From an uncultured Azospirillum sp. (GTDB lineage Bacteria > Pseudomonadota > Alphaproteobacteria > RF32 > CAG-239): a DNA stretch of 64,000 nt. This document shows positions 10,067 through 18,919 of this stretch, piece after piece; position 1 is the stretch's first letter, and each line of letters begins with the position of its first letter. The notes beneath the pieces are model-generated. The model did no database searches, was not told where the DNA came from, and saw only the letters and a program-made list of their open reading frames with translations. The stretch lies in contig UQCS01000002.1 of the NCBI GenBank assembly GCA_900539605.1, positions 20,955 through 84,954 on the forward strand. Reading direction: 5' to 3'. Made by a program: the position numbers and the translations under genes.

Positions 10067-11020
10067 TCAGGCCAGTTCGGTACGTACAATATCTTCAATG
10101 GAAGTGTAGACCGGTTTCCACCCCAACTCGGTTTCGGCTTTGCGGTTAGAAGCAACCAACACTGCCGGATCTCCCGGGCGCCGCGATGCATACCGCACCG
10201 GAAGCAGCTTACCGGTTACCTTCTCCGTCGCCGCCACCACTTCCTGCACCGTCACACCGTTGGTCGTCCCCAAATTGAAGACCGCGGAGGGCTTGCCTTC
10301 GAGCAGACGTTTAATAGCCAGCACATGGGCCGCCGCCAGATCGGATACATGCACATAGTCCCGCACGCAGGTCCCGTCACGGGTTTCATAGTCATTGCCG
10401 AAAATCTGCAGGCATTCGCGTTTGCCATCTACAACTTCGCGAATAATCGGCAGCAGATTTTGCGGGTTGCGGTCACGGCCTTTAATTGCACCGCCGGCAT
10501 CATAACCGGCCGCATTGAAGTAACGCAGCGCAGTATATTTTATTCCCCGCAACCGGTCATACCATTCCATCAGACGTTCCATTTCAACTTTGGTAAAACC
10601 ATAGAAATTGATCGGATTAAGCAGATGCGTCTCATCAATCGGCAAATATTCCGGCATGCCGTAAACCGCCGCCGAGGAAGAAAAGACCAACACCCGTATC
10701 CCACTTTTGGCCATCGCATTCAAAATATTAACCGCCCCGATCAGATTGTTTTCGGCGTAAAGTTCGGGGTTGTCCATCGATTCTCCCACCGCTTTTTTGG
10801 CAGCCAGATGAACGACGGCATCAAATCCGCCTTCCATTACCGTTTTGAGCTTCGGATAATCGAGGATATTACCTTCGACAAAGCCGGCATCGGGGAACAG
10901 GTTAATTTTGTGACCGCTTGAAAGATCGTCATAAACCACCGTTTGTGCACCCTGATCCAAAAGTTCTTTAACAACATGAGAACCGATATAACCTGCCCCG
11001 CCGATCACCAAAACTTTCAT
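10067..11020 (-). CDS. galE: UDP-glucose 4-epimerase
   Basis: MKVLVIGGAGYIGSH Rossmann motif and YGFTK (YxxxK). Start moved to 11020, 4 nt after the upstream gene. Confidence 0.9.
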   Translation of the reverse strand: MKVLVIGGAGYIGSHVVKELLDQGAQTVVYDDLSSGHKINLFPDAGFVEGNILDYPKLKTVMEGGFDAVVHLAAKKAVGESMDNPELYAENNLIGAVNILNAMAKSGIRVLVFSSSAAVYGMPEYLPIDETHLLNPINFYGFTKVEMERLMEWYDRLRGIKYTALRYFNAAGYDAGGAIKGRDRNPQNLLPIIREVVDGKRECLQIFGNDYETRDGTCVRDYVHVSDLAAAHVLAIKRLLEGKPSAVFNLGTTNGVTVQEVVAATEKVTGKLLPVRYASRRPGDPAVLVASNRKAETELGWKPVYTSIEDIVRTELA

Positions 11021-11024
11021 TTGC

Positions 11025-12332
11025 TTATTTCCTTTGTCCGATACACTGATACTCAAAACCGGCCTGTTTAACAGCATCGGCACTGAGCATATTGCGCAGA
11101 TCGACGATCTTGGCACAGTTCATAATTTTTGCCAACCGCCCGAGATCAAGTGTACGGAAATCTTCCCATTCGGTCAAAATTACCGCGACGTCCGCCCCCG
11201 TGCAGGCTTCTTCCGCATCATTGGCATAAGATACCGTATTGTTCAGAATAGATTTGGCATTACTCAGCGCTTTGGGATCATATACCATGATATTGCGGGA
11301 ATACTTAATCATTTCCTTGATAATATCAATGGCCGGAGATTCGCGGCAGTCATCGGTTCCGCCTTTGAACGCCAACCCGAGAACGGCAATCTTTCCTTCC
11401 GGATGTTCTTTTATCGCCTCAATGACACGTTGGCCCATTTTCACCTTACGGTTATCATTTTCGGCAATTGTCGTTTCAATCAGATTGAGATGCGACCCGA
11501 ATTTTTTCCCCATTTGCGCCATCGCGTTGGTATCTTTCGGAAAACACGATCCGCCGTAGCCGGGCCCCGGGTTGAGGAATTTTTTGCCGATGCGGGAATC
11601 CAACCCCATCCCCTTCGCCACTTCGCGGATATCAGCCCCGGAGCACTCGCAGAAATCCGCCATTTCGTTAACATAATGAATTTTCATTGCCAAAAAAGCG
11701 TTGGATGCATATTTTATGGTTTCAGAAGAACGGCGTTTAACACACAAAAACTCGCTTTTCCCTTCAAAAGGACGATACAATTCCAGCATCACGCCGCGCG
11801 CTTTTTCGCTGTCGGTGCCGATCACAATCCGATCCGGATTGAAAAAATCGTGAATTGCAAAACCTTCCCGCAGGAATTCGGGCAGAGAAACCACATCAAA
11901 ATCGGCCTTTGGATTGACTCTGGCAATGATTTGTTCAATCTCGTCACCGGTACCGACCGGAACCGTCGATTTGGTTGCCACAACCGTATAGCCATCCAAA
12001 TATCCGGCCAACTCTTCGGCAGCTGCATAAATATATTTAAGATCGGCTTCCTTTGTCACCGGATGCGGCGGTGTTCCGACCGCCAGCATGACAATATCTG
12101 CTCCTTTCACCGCTGTTTCCATATCGGTGGTAAACGAAAGCGCGCCGGCTGCAACGTTCTTGCGAAACAATTCTTCCATTCCATCTTCATATAAAGTCAA
12201 CTCCCCCCGGTTGAGTTTGTCGATCTTATCCGCCAGTTTGTCAACGCAAACGACGCGGTTACCCAGTTCGGCAAGGCCGACCCCGGTTGGCAGTCCAACA
12301 TATCCGGTTCCGATAATAGCAACTTTCTTCAT
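11025..12332 (-). CDS. ugd: UDP-glucose/GDP-mannose 6-dehydrogenase family protein
   Basis: IIGTGYVGL NAD-binding motif, catalytic GGSCFPKD, 435 aa. Confidence 0.9.
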   Translation of the reverse strand: MKKVAIIGTGYVGLPTGVGLAELGNRVVCVDKLADKIDKLNRGELTLYEDGMEELFRKNVAAGALSFTTDMETAVKGADIVMLAVGTPPHPVTKEADLKYIYAAAEELAGYLDGYTVVATKSTVPVGTGDEIEQIIARVNPKADFDVVSLPEFLREGFAIHDFFNPDRIVIGTDSEKARGVMLELYRPFEGKSEFLCVKRRSSETIKYASNAFLAMKIHYVNEMADFCECSGADIREVAKGMGLDSRIGKKFLNPGPGYGGSCFPKDTNAMAQMGKKFGSHLNLIETTIAENDNRKVKMGQRVIEAIKEHPEGKIAVLGLAFKGGTDDCRESPAIDIIKEMIKYSRNIMVYDPKALSNAKSILNNTVSYANDAEEACTGADVAVILTEWEDFRTLDLGRLAKIMNCAKIVDLRNMLSADAVKQAGFEYQCIGQRK

Positions 12333-12512
12333 TATAGAATATCCTCACTAATACAATTATTACATACTTTTAGCTTAGTCAGATCACAACTAATTATAGT
12401 ATCGCAACATTAAAACACAAGCACTGATTACATTTTGCACACGAATTATAATTTGTATTGCGCAAGTCGTTAAAAAACACTATATTTTTTAAAACTTAAT
12501 TTGAGGAAAAAG

Positions 12513-13187
12513 ATGCAAAAAGAGCTTTACCTGTTTATTGTATGGCAGAACGCCCGGTTTATGGAAAAACAGATCGCTGCCGATCTCAAAAAGAAATTCG
12601 AAATTTTCCGAATTCTCGAAGTGACTTGGAAACCGGAAAATTTTTCCCTCAATTTGGCGCGCTTCTACGGCAAAAAACTGCCCAAAGGATGTAAAAAAGA
12701 AAAAGAAACCGGTGCCGGCGCTTTTCGGGTCTATTTGGTTTATGACCACAACCCTCAGTATACCGACGGCAAAAATGTCAACATTGTCAAAAGCAAATAC
12801 GAGTACCGTCAGTTAACCGGCGGCGGCAATTTGGTACACGCCAGCGACAATCCGCAGGAAACCAACGAAAACCTTTTGCTGCTATTCGGAAAAACAATTA
12901 AGGATTTTGAACAGGAAGGCCCCGACACCGCCGTCACGCCTTACGGGCAGGATCTGATCGGCTGCCCGGTATGGGAAAATTTGGAACAGGCCCTCGAAGC
13001 TGTCAAGAAAGTTCCGTTTACACGCGTCAAAGCCTATAAAAACTCTTATCTGATTCACAGCCGCAACGCCGATCTCGCTCGCCGGATTCTCAATGCTTCT
13101 AGTCATTTTTCAATTCCGGGAATTCATAAATATTCGATCGAAATCGGCAAATCGCGGCAACCGGTATATATCCGCAAGGTCAACTAA
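12513..13187 (+). CDS. hypothetical protein; N-terminal half has a nucleoside-diphosphate-kinase-like motif (tentative)
   Basis: GAGGAAAAAG precedes the ATG at 12513. Shows LFIVW...FYG...FRVYLVYD...NLVHASDNPQETNENLLLLFG, which resembles the NDK NxxHGSDSxExAxxEIxxFF region. No other family recognised. Confidence 0.6.
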   Translation: MQKELYLFIVWQNARFMEKQIAADLKKKFEIFRILEVTWKPENFSLNLARFYGKKLPKGCKKEKETGAGAFRVYLVYDHNPQYTDGKNVNIVKSKYEYRQLTGGGNLVHASDNPQETNENLLLLFGKTIKDFEQEGPDTAVTPYGQDLIGCPVWENLEQALEAVKKVPFTRVKAYKNSYLIHSRNADLARRILNASSHFSIPGIHKYSIEIGKSRQPVYIRKVN

Positions 13188-13537
13188 ATCTTACGGTGTT
13201 TTTTCGCGGTAACGTCGTCGTCATCGTCCGCTTCGGCGTCCGGCGTTCTGGTAAACAAAACGTTCCATATCTGGCGTCTGAACATCCAGATGTTGATCAG
13301 TCCGAGCACCACCATCAGCGAAGCAAAAAGATACAAAATGTAATACCAGCTGAGTTCAGTCGCATTCATCATCACTTCCTGGTTGGTAAAACGCAAAAAG
13401 CTGATCGACACTGCGGTGACAATAAAAGAAACCAAAAAAGCTCCCATCCACACCCGGCGCATCACAAACTTGTCCGCCATCAGAGACGTCAGAGCATAAA
13501 TTAAAAACAAAGCCACAAATAAATATAATTCCATCAT
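13184..13537 (-). CDS. small membrane protein, unknown function, acidic then basic C-terminal tail
   Basis: 117 aa with about 3 hydrophobic helices. Tail is DAEADDDDDVTAKKHRKI. Its 3' end overlaps the convergent 12513-13187 gene by 4 nt. Confidence 0.55.
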   Translation of the reverse strand: MMELYLFVALFLIYALTSLMADKFVMRRVWMGAFLVSFIVTAVSISFLRFTNQEVMMNATELSWYYILYLFASLMVVLGLINIWMFRRQIWNVLFTRTPDAEADDDDDVTAKKHRKI

Positions 13538-13656
13538 CGTATACCTCTTAATTATCTTTCGCTAAATAAGATAATGATGCTTCCCGCCTTTTCAACAACC
13601 GTCAGATTTTTTATTTTCCCGCAACTTGTTATTCGATATCCCGCTATTTTTACATA

Positions 13657-13695
13657 AGAAAAGACTGCTACCTTACGGCAGCAGTCTTTTCTTTT
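13657..13695 (-). terminator. rho-independent terminator after the 82-aa membrane protein gene
   Basis: AAGACTGCTACC-TTAC-GGCAGCAGTCTT hairpin (one mismatch) with T-runs on both strands. Confidence 0.65.
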
Positions 13696-13707
13696 TCTTT
13701 CAGAAGC

Positions 13708-13956
13708 TTATCCTCTGTAGAACCACCAGGAAATCAACACGTTTCTCTTACGGGTTACCCAGCAAAAGATCGTATAAATTCCGCCGGCCACAGCTCCAAA
13801 AGCCCACATACCGCCGAAAATCCAGCCGATAAGCGCACCGAGGAACGCCGTGATCACCAGCTCAAGCACATAGCTCAAACCGTTATAAAACAATTCTTTG
13901 CATGCGCCGCAAAGAACACAAAGAATAAAGCCTCCAAAAACAATGCTTGCTATCAT
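13708..13956 (-). CDS. tiny membrane protein (82 aa), unknown function
   Basis: Two or three hydrophobic segments with a glycine-zipper-like GGMWAFGAVAGG. No clear SD. Local sequence is AT-rich. Confidence 0.45.
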   Translation of the reverse strand: MIASIVFGGFILCVLCGACKELFYNGLSYVLELVITAFLGALIGWIFGGMWAFGAVAGGIYTIFCWVTRKRNVLISWWFYRG

Positions 13957-14025
13957 GATAAAAATTTTTTTTATGTTTTACATTTGCCCCCATTACAATT
14001 CTTCAACGCCGGGGACTTGGCGTTA

Positions 14026-14322
14026 TCAGAAATTAAAGCTCTCACCGGACTTCCAAGGCCAGAAGACGATCACCAACACAACATTAACAGCAATCACGCC
14101 AATGAGCATAACCACCATCTCCGTATATGTCGGGATAAATTTACCGATAATAGCATCAATCAATCCGCCCAAAAAAGCAGGAATGACATTCAGAGCCAAA
14201 CCGGCAAATCTTTCGAATTCTTCGCCTTTTTTACTTGTTATTATTAACCACAAACCTGTGATGATGATAACAACTAAAGCGATTACTGCACAAATTCCGA
14301 GAGTGTTTATAATATTTTCCAT
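14026..14322 (-). CDS. tiny membrane protein (98 aa), unknown function
   Basis: Three hydrophobic helices, visibly AT-rich codons, weak SD. Lies downstream of the predicted promoter at 14480-14507. Confidence 0.45.
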   Translation of the reverse strand: MENIINTLGICAVIALVVIIITGLWLIITSKKGEEFERFAGLALNVIPAFLGGLIDAIIGKFIPTYTEMVVMLIGVIAVNVVLVIVFWPWKSGESFNF

Positions 14323-14479
14323 ATCTTTAGATTTAAAGGTTATTACTGTAGTCTGTTCAAGTTTTCACTCAAATTTTCGACAGTTACAACCAATAAAAAA
14401 GGTAAAACCTAATTTTATGATGGCAAGCTTGCGAATAATTGAATAGAAAAATTGAACAGACTAATTTTGTTATACTTTC

Positions 14480-14507
14480 ATTATATATTTTTTGTCACAA
14501 ATTGCAA
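14480..14507 (-). promoter_or_regulatory. sigma70-like promoter (TTGCAA-16 nt-TATAAT) reading toward the 98-aa gene
   Basis: On the minus strand, TTGCAA at 14507-14502 and TATAAT at 14485-14480. Implies a leader of about 150 nt before the ATG at 14322. Confidence 0.4.
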
Positions 14508-14559
14508 GCAAAATCCTGCTTTTTTGTCATTTTTTTAAAATCACCCGCTTTTTTTGACA
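14488..14559. repeat. three phased T-tract motifs, TTTTTTG(T/A)CA
   Basis: TTTTTTGTCA at 14488-14497 and 14520-14529 (exact repeat, 32 bp apart), and TTTTTTTGACA at 14549-14559. Spacing is about three helical turns, within and upstream of the 14480-14507 promoter. Confidence 0.6.
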
Positions 14560-14663
14560 AAACACAGAGATAATAAACTTCGAAGCCGTCAGAAACACAT
14601 CCGCTCAAGCTCAAAGGTGCAACTGTTTTGCCGATGTTTTCCCGGCGGAGAAATTCCGTATTT

Positions 14664-14693
14664 CATAAAAAAGGCCCCATTTTCGGGGCAAAA
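14664..14693 (-). terminator. rho-independent terminator after slt
   Basis: GCCCC-GAAAAT-GGGGC followed by TTTTTT when read on the minus strand, directly after the slt stop. Confidence 0.6.
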
Positions 14694-16457
14694 TTATGAT
14701 TGCGGCACGTCATCCAACAACGGCCATTTACCTTCCAGAAATTGCTGCAAACTTTGCTGTTTTTGTCGCAACCGCGATCCATACATCCAATAGTTGGTAA
14801 TCACCCGCTTAACATACAGGCGGGTTTCCCGCCACGGGATCATCTCCATAAACAGCAAAGGATCGTTTTGATAATCAATATTTTCAACCCATCTTTTCAG
14901 GTTATGCGGACCGCCGTTATAAGAAGCCGCCAAAAAAATCAGATTATCGCCAACATGTTCCTTTTGCCGCAACAGAGAGACATAATCCTGACCGATCTTC
15001 AGATTAACCTGACGGTCAAACAACGGCCGCCAGTTGGTTTTAAAAGATTTATCGCCGGTCACTTCGGCGGCGGTTGCCGGCATTACCTGCATCAACCCGC
15101 ACGCACCGGCATGGCTGCGTACGGTCGGTGCAAATAAAGATTCCTGACGGGTGAGTGCCCATACCCACGCCGGGTTAACCGTCCACCCCGGCTCCGGTTG
15201 CCACGCCGGCTGCGGGTACAAAAACGGATCATAGGCGCGGCCTTTGTCATAGTTTTTCAAATCGTTGGCTACGATAAAGCTCAGGTTCGCCAAGCTATAC
15301 TGGCTGCTGATATAAAGCAAAAGTTCTTTCTGACGAATGTTCATTTTGCCGTAATTGCGGCGCAAATCGCTTTCAGCCAAATCCGGTTGCCCTGCTTCCG
15401 CCAGCAGAACCCCGCGCCGGATCGCCGGCGAAGCCACAATTTCTTTTATGTAAGACTTGTCGTCCAAACGATTAAAATAATGACGCGGCTGCCAGTCATA
15501 ACTGACTTTTTCTGTCAGCATGTAACGTGCCAGAATCCCGTAAAAAGTACGCGGATATTTGGTAGCAAGCCGCAAGTTTGCGGTTGCACCGTCGGGACGT
15601 TTTAATTTGATGTTGGCGCGATATGCCCAATATGCGCCGGCGGCTATCAGCCAGGGATCATTATTCTTCAGGCGTGCCAGCCTGCCAAAATAATCGGCCG
15701 CCAGTTTATAATTGTTTTCTTTCCAGGCCGCCAGACCGCCAAACCAGCTTGCCGTCGCGTCGCCACTACGCAAAATCGGTTGCCGGCTCCATTTCAAAGC
15801 TGCTTTATTGTTGCCTTCCAGAAAATAAGCCGAGGCCAAAGTCGCACTCATCGCATCATAATTCTTCACCGGCATCAGTTTTTTGAACTTTTTATCATTT
15901 AATATTTTGACTGCCGCCTCATGTTTGGAACTGCGGATTGATTTGAGAAATTCATCAATTTTGGTTTTGACATATTTGCGGTCAGCCACTTTCAGACGCG
16001 TATAGCTGTCCTTGTACCAGCTGTAAAACGCATAAATCTTTTTCGTTTCCTTGACCGGTTTGGGAGGCTTGTAACCGGGCACTTTCGTCACCGCCAGATT
16101 TTTAATCCTCTGATATTGCGGAAGCATCGGATATTTTTTTAACCAGTTCTGCAATTCTTCATAAGAAGATTTGTAATCTTTATGCAGATATTTTTCGGCC
16201 AGCACGTGCCCGAGCAACGCATGGCCTTTGAGCTTTTTCTGCAATTCTTCCGCCGTTTTAATATCGTTGGCTTTCAAAGCGGCGAAAATATCACGATAAA
16301 GTTTGACATCGGCTTCGGAAACGGCAGCTTGTTCCCGTACCTGGCGATAAACCGTCGGGTCGATAATTTTAAAATTTTTTGACGCTGCTGCGGCCTCCCA
16401 CGGAAGCATCAGCAACGTCAAAACCACTATCAAAACTTTTTTCAATTTTTTACTCAA
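14694..16457 (-). CDS. soluble lytic murein transglycosylase (Slt family)
   Basis: Signal peptide, long helical N-terminal region, and an SLT catalytic domain with TRQESLF, GLMQVMP and AASYNGGP. Confidence 0.85.
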   Translation of the reverse strand: MSKKLKKVLIVVLTLLMLPWEAAAASKNFKIIDPTVYRQVREQAAVSEADVKLYRDIFAALKANDIKTAEELQKKLKGHALLGHVLAEKYLHKDYKSSYEELQNWLKKYPMLPQYQRIKNLAVTKVPGYKPPKPVKETKKIYAFYSWYKDSYTRLKVADRKYVKTKIDEFLKSIRSSKHEAAVKILNDKKFKKLMPVKNYDAMSATLASAYFLEGNNKAALKWSRQPILRSGDATASWFGGLAAWKENNYKLAADYFGRLARLKNNDPWLIAAGAYWAYRANIKLKRPDGATANLRLATKYPRTFYGILARYMLTEKVSYDWQPRHYFNRLDDKSYIKEIVASPAIRRGVLLAEAGQPDLAESDLRRNYGKMNIRQKELLLYISSQYSLANLSFIVANDLKNYDKGRAYDPFLYPQPAWQPEPGWTVNPAWVWALTRQESLFAPTVRSHAGACGLMQVMPATAAEVTGDKSFKTNWRPLFDRQVNLKIGQDYVSLLRQKEHVGDNLIFLAASYNGGPHNLKRWVENIDYQNDPLLFMEMIPWRETRLYVKRVITNYWMYGSRLRQKQQSLQQFLEGKWPLLDDVPQS

Positions 16458-16465
16458 ACCAACTT

Positions 16466-17176
16466 CTAAATTTCCTTAAGCCAACGGATTTTTGCCGCAC
16501 ATTGCCGCTGTGTCATTCCCTTAGCCCGACACCGGTTGACAATGATATTAGGCTGTTTGTCCATACTGTAACAGCCATCTCCCAACAAACCGTAATCGAA
16601 ATGGTTTTCCACCCCGGGCTCAACATCGCTGAAAGTCAAGACAGTTTCCATTCCCGGCCACTTAAGCCGATAGCTGATGTTGGACAGCTTAACCGGCAAG
16701 GTTGTCATTACCGCAAAGCGGGCACTGCAGCGGATCCTCCCCGAAGGACTGCGATAAATGCTGAAATCGCGCATAAACAACATAATCAATTCATCTTCGG
16801 GATGATCCTCGGTTGTTTCGACCGTTATCCCCCCGACCTGCGAATAGCGGCGGAACGGCTCCTGTGCCTTTTGTGCCTGCGGTTGAGGTTGCTTTTTGCC
16901 GTAGGCATAATCAAAAGGAGAACTGACCGGCTGCTTTTCGATTTCGGCAGCTTCGGCGTTTTCAGTCGTCTCGACAACCGAATGCTTAGCTTCCGGCCGG
17001 GAGGGGGCGGCGGCAGCTTTTTGCGCCGCCTGAGCATCGGAAACCGGAGCGGCTGCGGGCGACTGACCCGGTGCACGGTTACCTGCTGCATTAAAAAACT
17101 GGGCGGCTGCCGGTTGTGCAAGCACAAGCCCGACAACAACAGCCGAAAATATTCTGAATATATTTATTCTCTTCAT
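16466..17176 (-). CDS. secreted protein of unknown function (Ala/Pro/Gln-rich linker plus Cys-containing C-terminal domain)
   Basis: Signal peptide MKRINIFRIFSAVVVGLVLAQPAAAQ. 8 nt upstream of slt on the same strand. ATG start at 17176. Confidence 0.6.
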   Translation of the reverse strand: MKRINIFRIFSAVVVGLVLAQPAAAQFFNAAGNRAPGQSPAAAPVSDAQAAQKAAAAPSRPEAKHSVVETTENAEAAEIEKQPVSSPFDYAYGKKQPQPQAQKAQEPFRRYSQVGGITVETTEDHPEDELIMLFMRDFSIYRSPSGRIRCSARFAVMTTLPVKLSNISYRLKWPGMETVLTFSDVEPGVENHFDYGLLGDGCYSMDKQPNIIVNRCRAKGMTQRQCAAKIRWLKEI

Positions 17177-17197
17177 CGGCACACCCTTGTTAAAATA

Positions 17198-17941
17198 TTA
17201 TTTGATTCCGCTGATAATACTTCCGGCAGCTCCCAAAGTTTCAACCGTTTTGGCATAAATGCCTTCGGCTTCATCTTTACTTTCCTGCTTTTTGGCATCT
17301 TCGCGGGCTTTTTCTTCATCAGGAGTAATTTCCTTAAAGTCCAGATAATACTGAGCATCTTCCGGAGAAACATATTTGAACATCCGGCTGCAGGCATTTC
17401 CCTGGCTGCTGCGGCGAGCAGACCGGTTGGCACCGGAAAGGCCATCGGCACTGCAGGATTTGACATTGAAATCAACTTTTTCGATCAAAAGAAAGCAGCG
17501 GTCAGTATTGATACGGTTATTAATGGTAACCTGCTTGTAAGACTTGACGGAAGGAACTTCAATCATGACACTGACGTCCTTGGAAGTTCTTCTCTCGGTT
17601 TCCGAATAAGAACGGTTAACATTGCGGTTTTGTTTGGCAGCATCTTCTTCTTTTTCTTCGTTGATAACTTCTTCAAGAGAAGCATCTTTCCATGCAAAAT
17701 CCAACAAAGCTTCTTTGATATTGTAGGACGAACGGTTATAGAAAGTGGTGTTAAAGTCACAGGCAATGACTTCACCGTCACGATTTTTAACCGGTGTAAC
17801 GTCATGAATTTTAAACAACACTTCTTCGACATTGTCGCTGTCACCGGCAGCGGCGGCAGCCGGCGCTGCTCCCACCGAGCTGATGTTGGTTGCCAACAGA
17901 AGGCTGAGTGCCAAACCGAAAACTTTTTTGTTAATGTTCAT
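17198..17941 (-). CDS. secreted protein of unknown function
   Basis: Signal peptide MNINKKVFGLALSLLLATNISSVGA. GAGGAAAGCAAA precedes the ATG. 21 nt upstream of the next gene on the same strand. Confidence 0.6.
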   Translation of the reverse strand: MNINKKVFGLALSLLLATNISSVGAAPAAAAAGDSDNVEEVLFKIHDVTPVKNRDGEVIACDFNTTFYNRSSYNIKEALLDFAWKDASLEEVINEEKEEDAAKQNRNVNRSYSETERRTSKDVSVMIEVPSVKSYKQVTINNRINTDRCFLLIEKVDFNVKSCSADGLSGANRSARRSSQGNACSRMFKYVSPEDAQYYLDFKEITPDEEKAREDAKKQESKDEAEGIYAKTVETLGAAGSIISGIK

Positions 17942-18027
17942 TTTGCTTTCCTCAAAAGTTATTTATCAAGATTTACCAAATAATAATTCAATTTTTTTAA
18001 ATTTACCAACAAATTATGAATAAAAAC

Positions 18028-18801
18028 CTAATTATTGTGCAATTTTTTCGCCAAACGTAGCAAATCTGCCCAGACTTTGGACTTTTGCGCCGGATTGCGC
18101 AGCAGATAAGCGGGGTGGAAACTCGCCAACACCGCACAGGTATCGCCTTTCAAGGTCTTATATTCAAGCCATTTGCCCCGCAACCGCGAAATAGATTCTT
18201 CATTATCCAACAGACTGTTGGCAGCGCTTCCGCCCAAAACCAAAATAATCTCCGGTTTCATCAATTCAATCTGGCGTTTCAGAAAAGGCAGACATACCGC
18301 CACTTCGGCATCGGTCGGTGTCCGGTTCCCGGGCGGCCGCCACGGCAAAACGTTGGTGATATAAACCGTCGTACGATCCAGTCCAATTGCAGACAGCATC
18401 TTGTCCAGCAGCCGGCCGCTGCGACCAACAAACGGTTCTCCGATTCTGTCTTCGTCAGCGCCGGGCGCTTCGCCGACAATCATAATTTTGGCATTCGGAT
18501 TGCCGCCGCCGAAAACGGTTTTGTTGGAAGTCAGTTTCAACGAACAACCGTCAAAGGCCTCCACTGCTGCCCGCAGCTCGGTCAACGATGAAGCCGCTTC
18601 GCAGACATCACGGGCGTTTTTACAAGCTTTCAGACTCATTTGTGCCAGATCGGTAATAGCCGGGCGCGGCGAAAACTCTGCCGGATTTTCGGCTTTTGCC
18701 GGCTGTACCGGCATTTTTTGCACACAACCGGGAATATCGCCGAAGATCGCGTCGACCCCGGCGGCAATGTACCATTCCAGCAATTCTTTTTCGTTCATCA
18801 T
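18028..18801 (-). CDS. uracil-DNA glycosylase, family 4, with N-terminal extension
   Basis: GEAPGADED...PFVGRSG and C-terminal HPAYLLR motifs. Confidence 0.85.
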   Translation of the reverse strand: MMNEKELLEWYIAAGVDAIFGDIPGCVQKMPVQPAKAENPAEFSPRPAITDLAQMSLKACKNARDVCEAASSLTELRAAVEAFDGCSLKLTSNKTVFGGGNPNAKIMIVGEAPGADEDRIGEPFVGRSGRLLDKMLSAIGLDRTTVYITNVLPWRPPGNRTPTDAEVAVCLPFLKRQIELMKPEIILVLGGSAANSLLDNEESISRLRGKWLEYKTLKGDTCAVLASFHPAYLLRNPAQKSKVWADLLRLAKKLHNN

Positions 18802-18919
18802 GAGATTATGCTATGCCGTTCTGTTTTCTTTTGCAAACAAATAATTAAATTATCTTCATATTATTACAATTATGTTGTAAGATAGGCGAGTCTGAACTAA
18901 ACTGGAGACGCCTGGAAAA

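Noticed and set aside
11034-12194. Long antisense ORFs opposite confident genes. Other examples: 9998-10921, 6929-7876, 26248-27030, 29072-30001, 38956-39777, 41753-42475, 58236-59090, 63033-63725.
   Set aside because: Each lies fully inside a gene that carries unmistakable family motifs on the other strand. The translations are Arg/Phe/Ile-rich without motifs. This is typical shadow-frame behaviour.
14554-14793. 79-aa plus-strand ORF in the slt downstream region
   Set aside because: It has an alternative start codon, a Cys/Arg/Ser-rich nonsense-like translation, and runs through the slt terminator into the slt 3' end.
16379-17983. 534-aa plus-strand ORF spanning the slt start and both secreted-protein genes
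   Set aside because: Its translation is low-complexity (Arg/Gly/Phe/Leu runs such as RLRLLFAVGIIKRR and PGGGGGSFLRR) and has no SD. The opposite strand encodes two proteins with clean signal peptides, good SDs and operon spacing. I treat it as an antisense shadow ORF, although its length is unusual.
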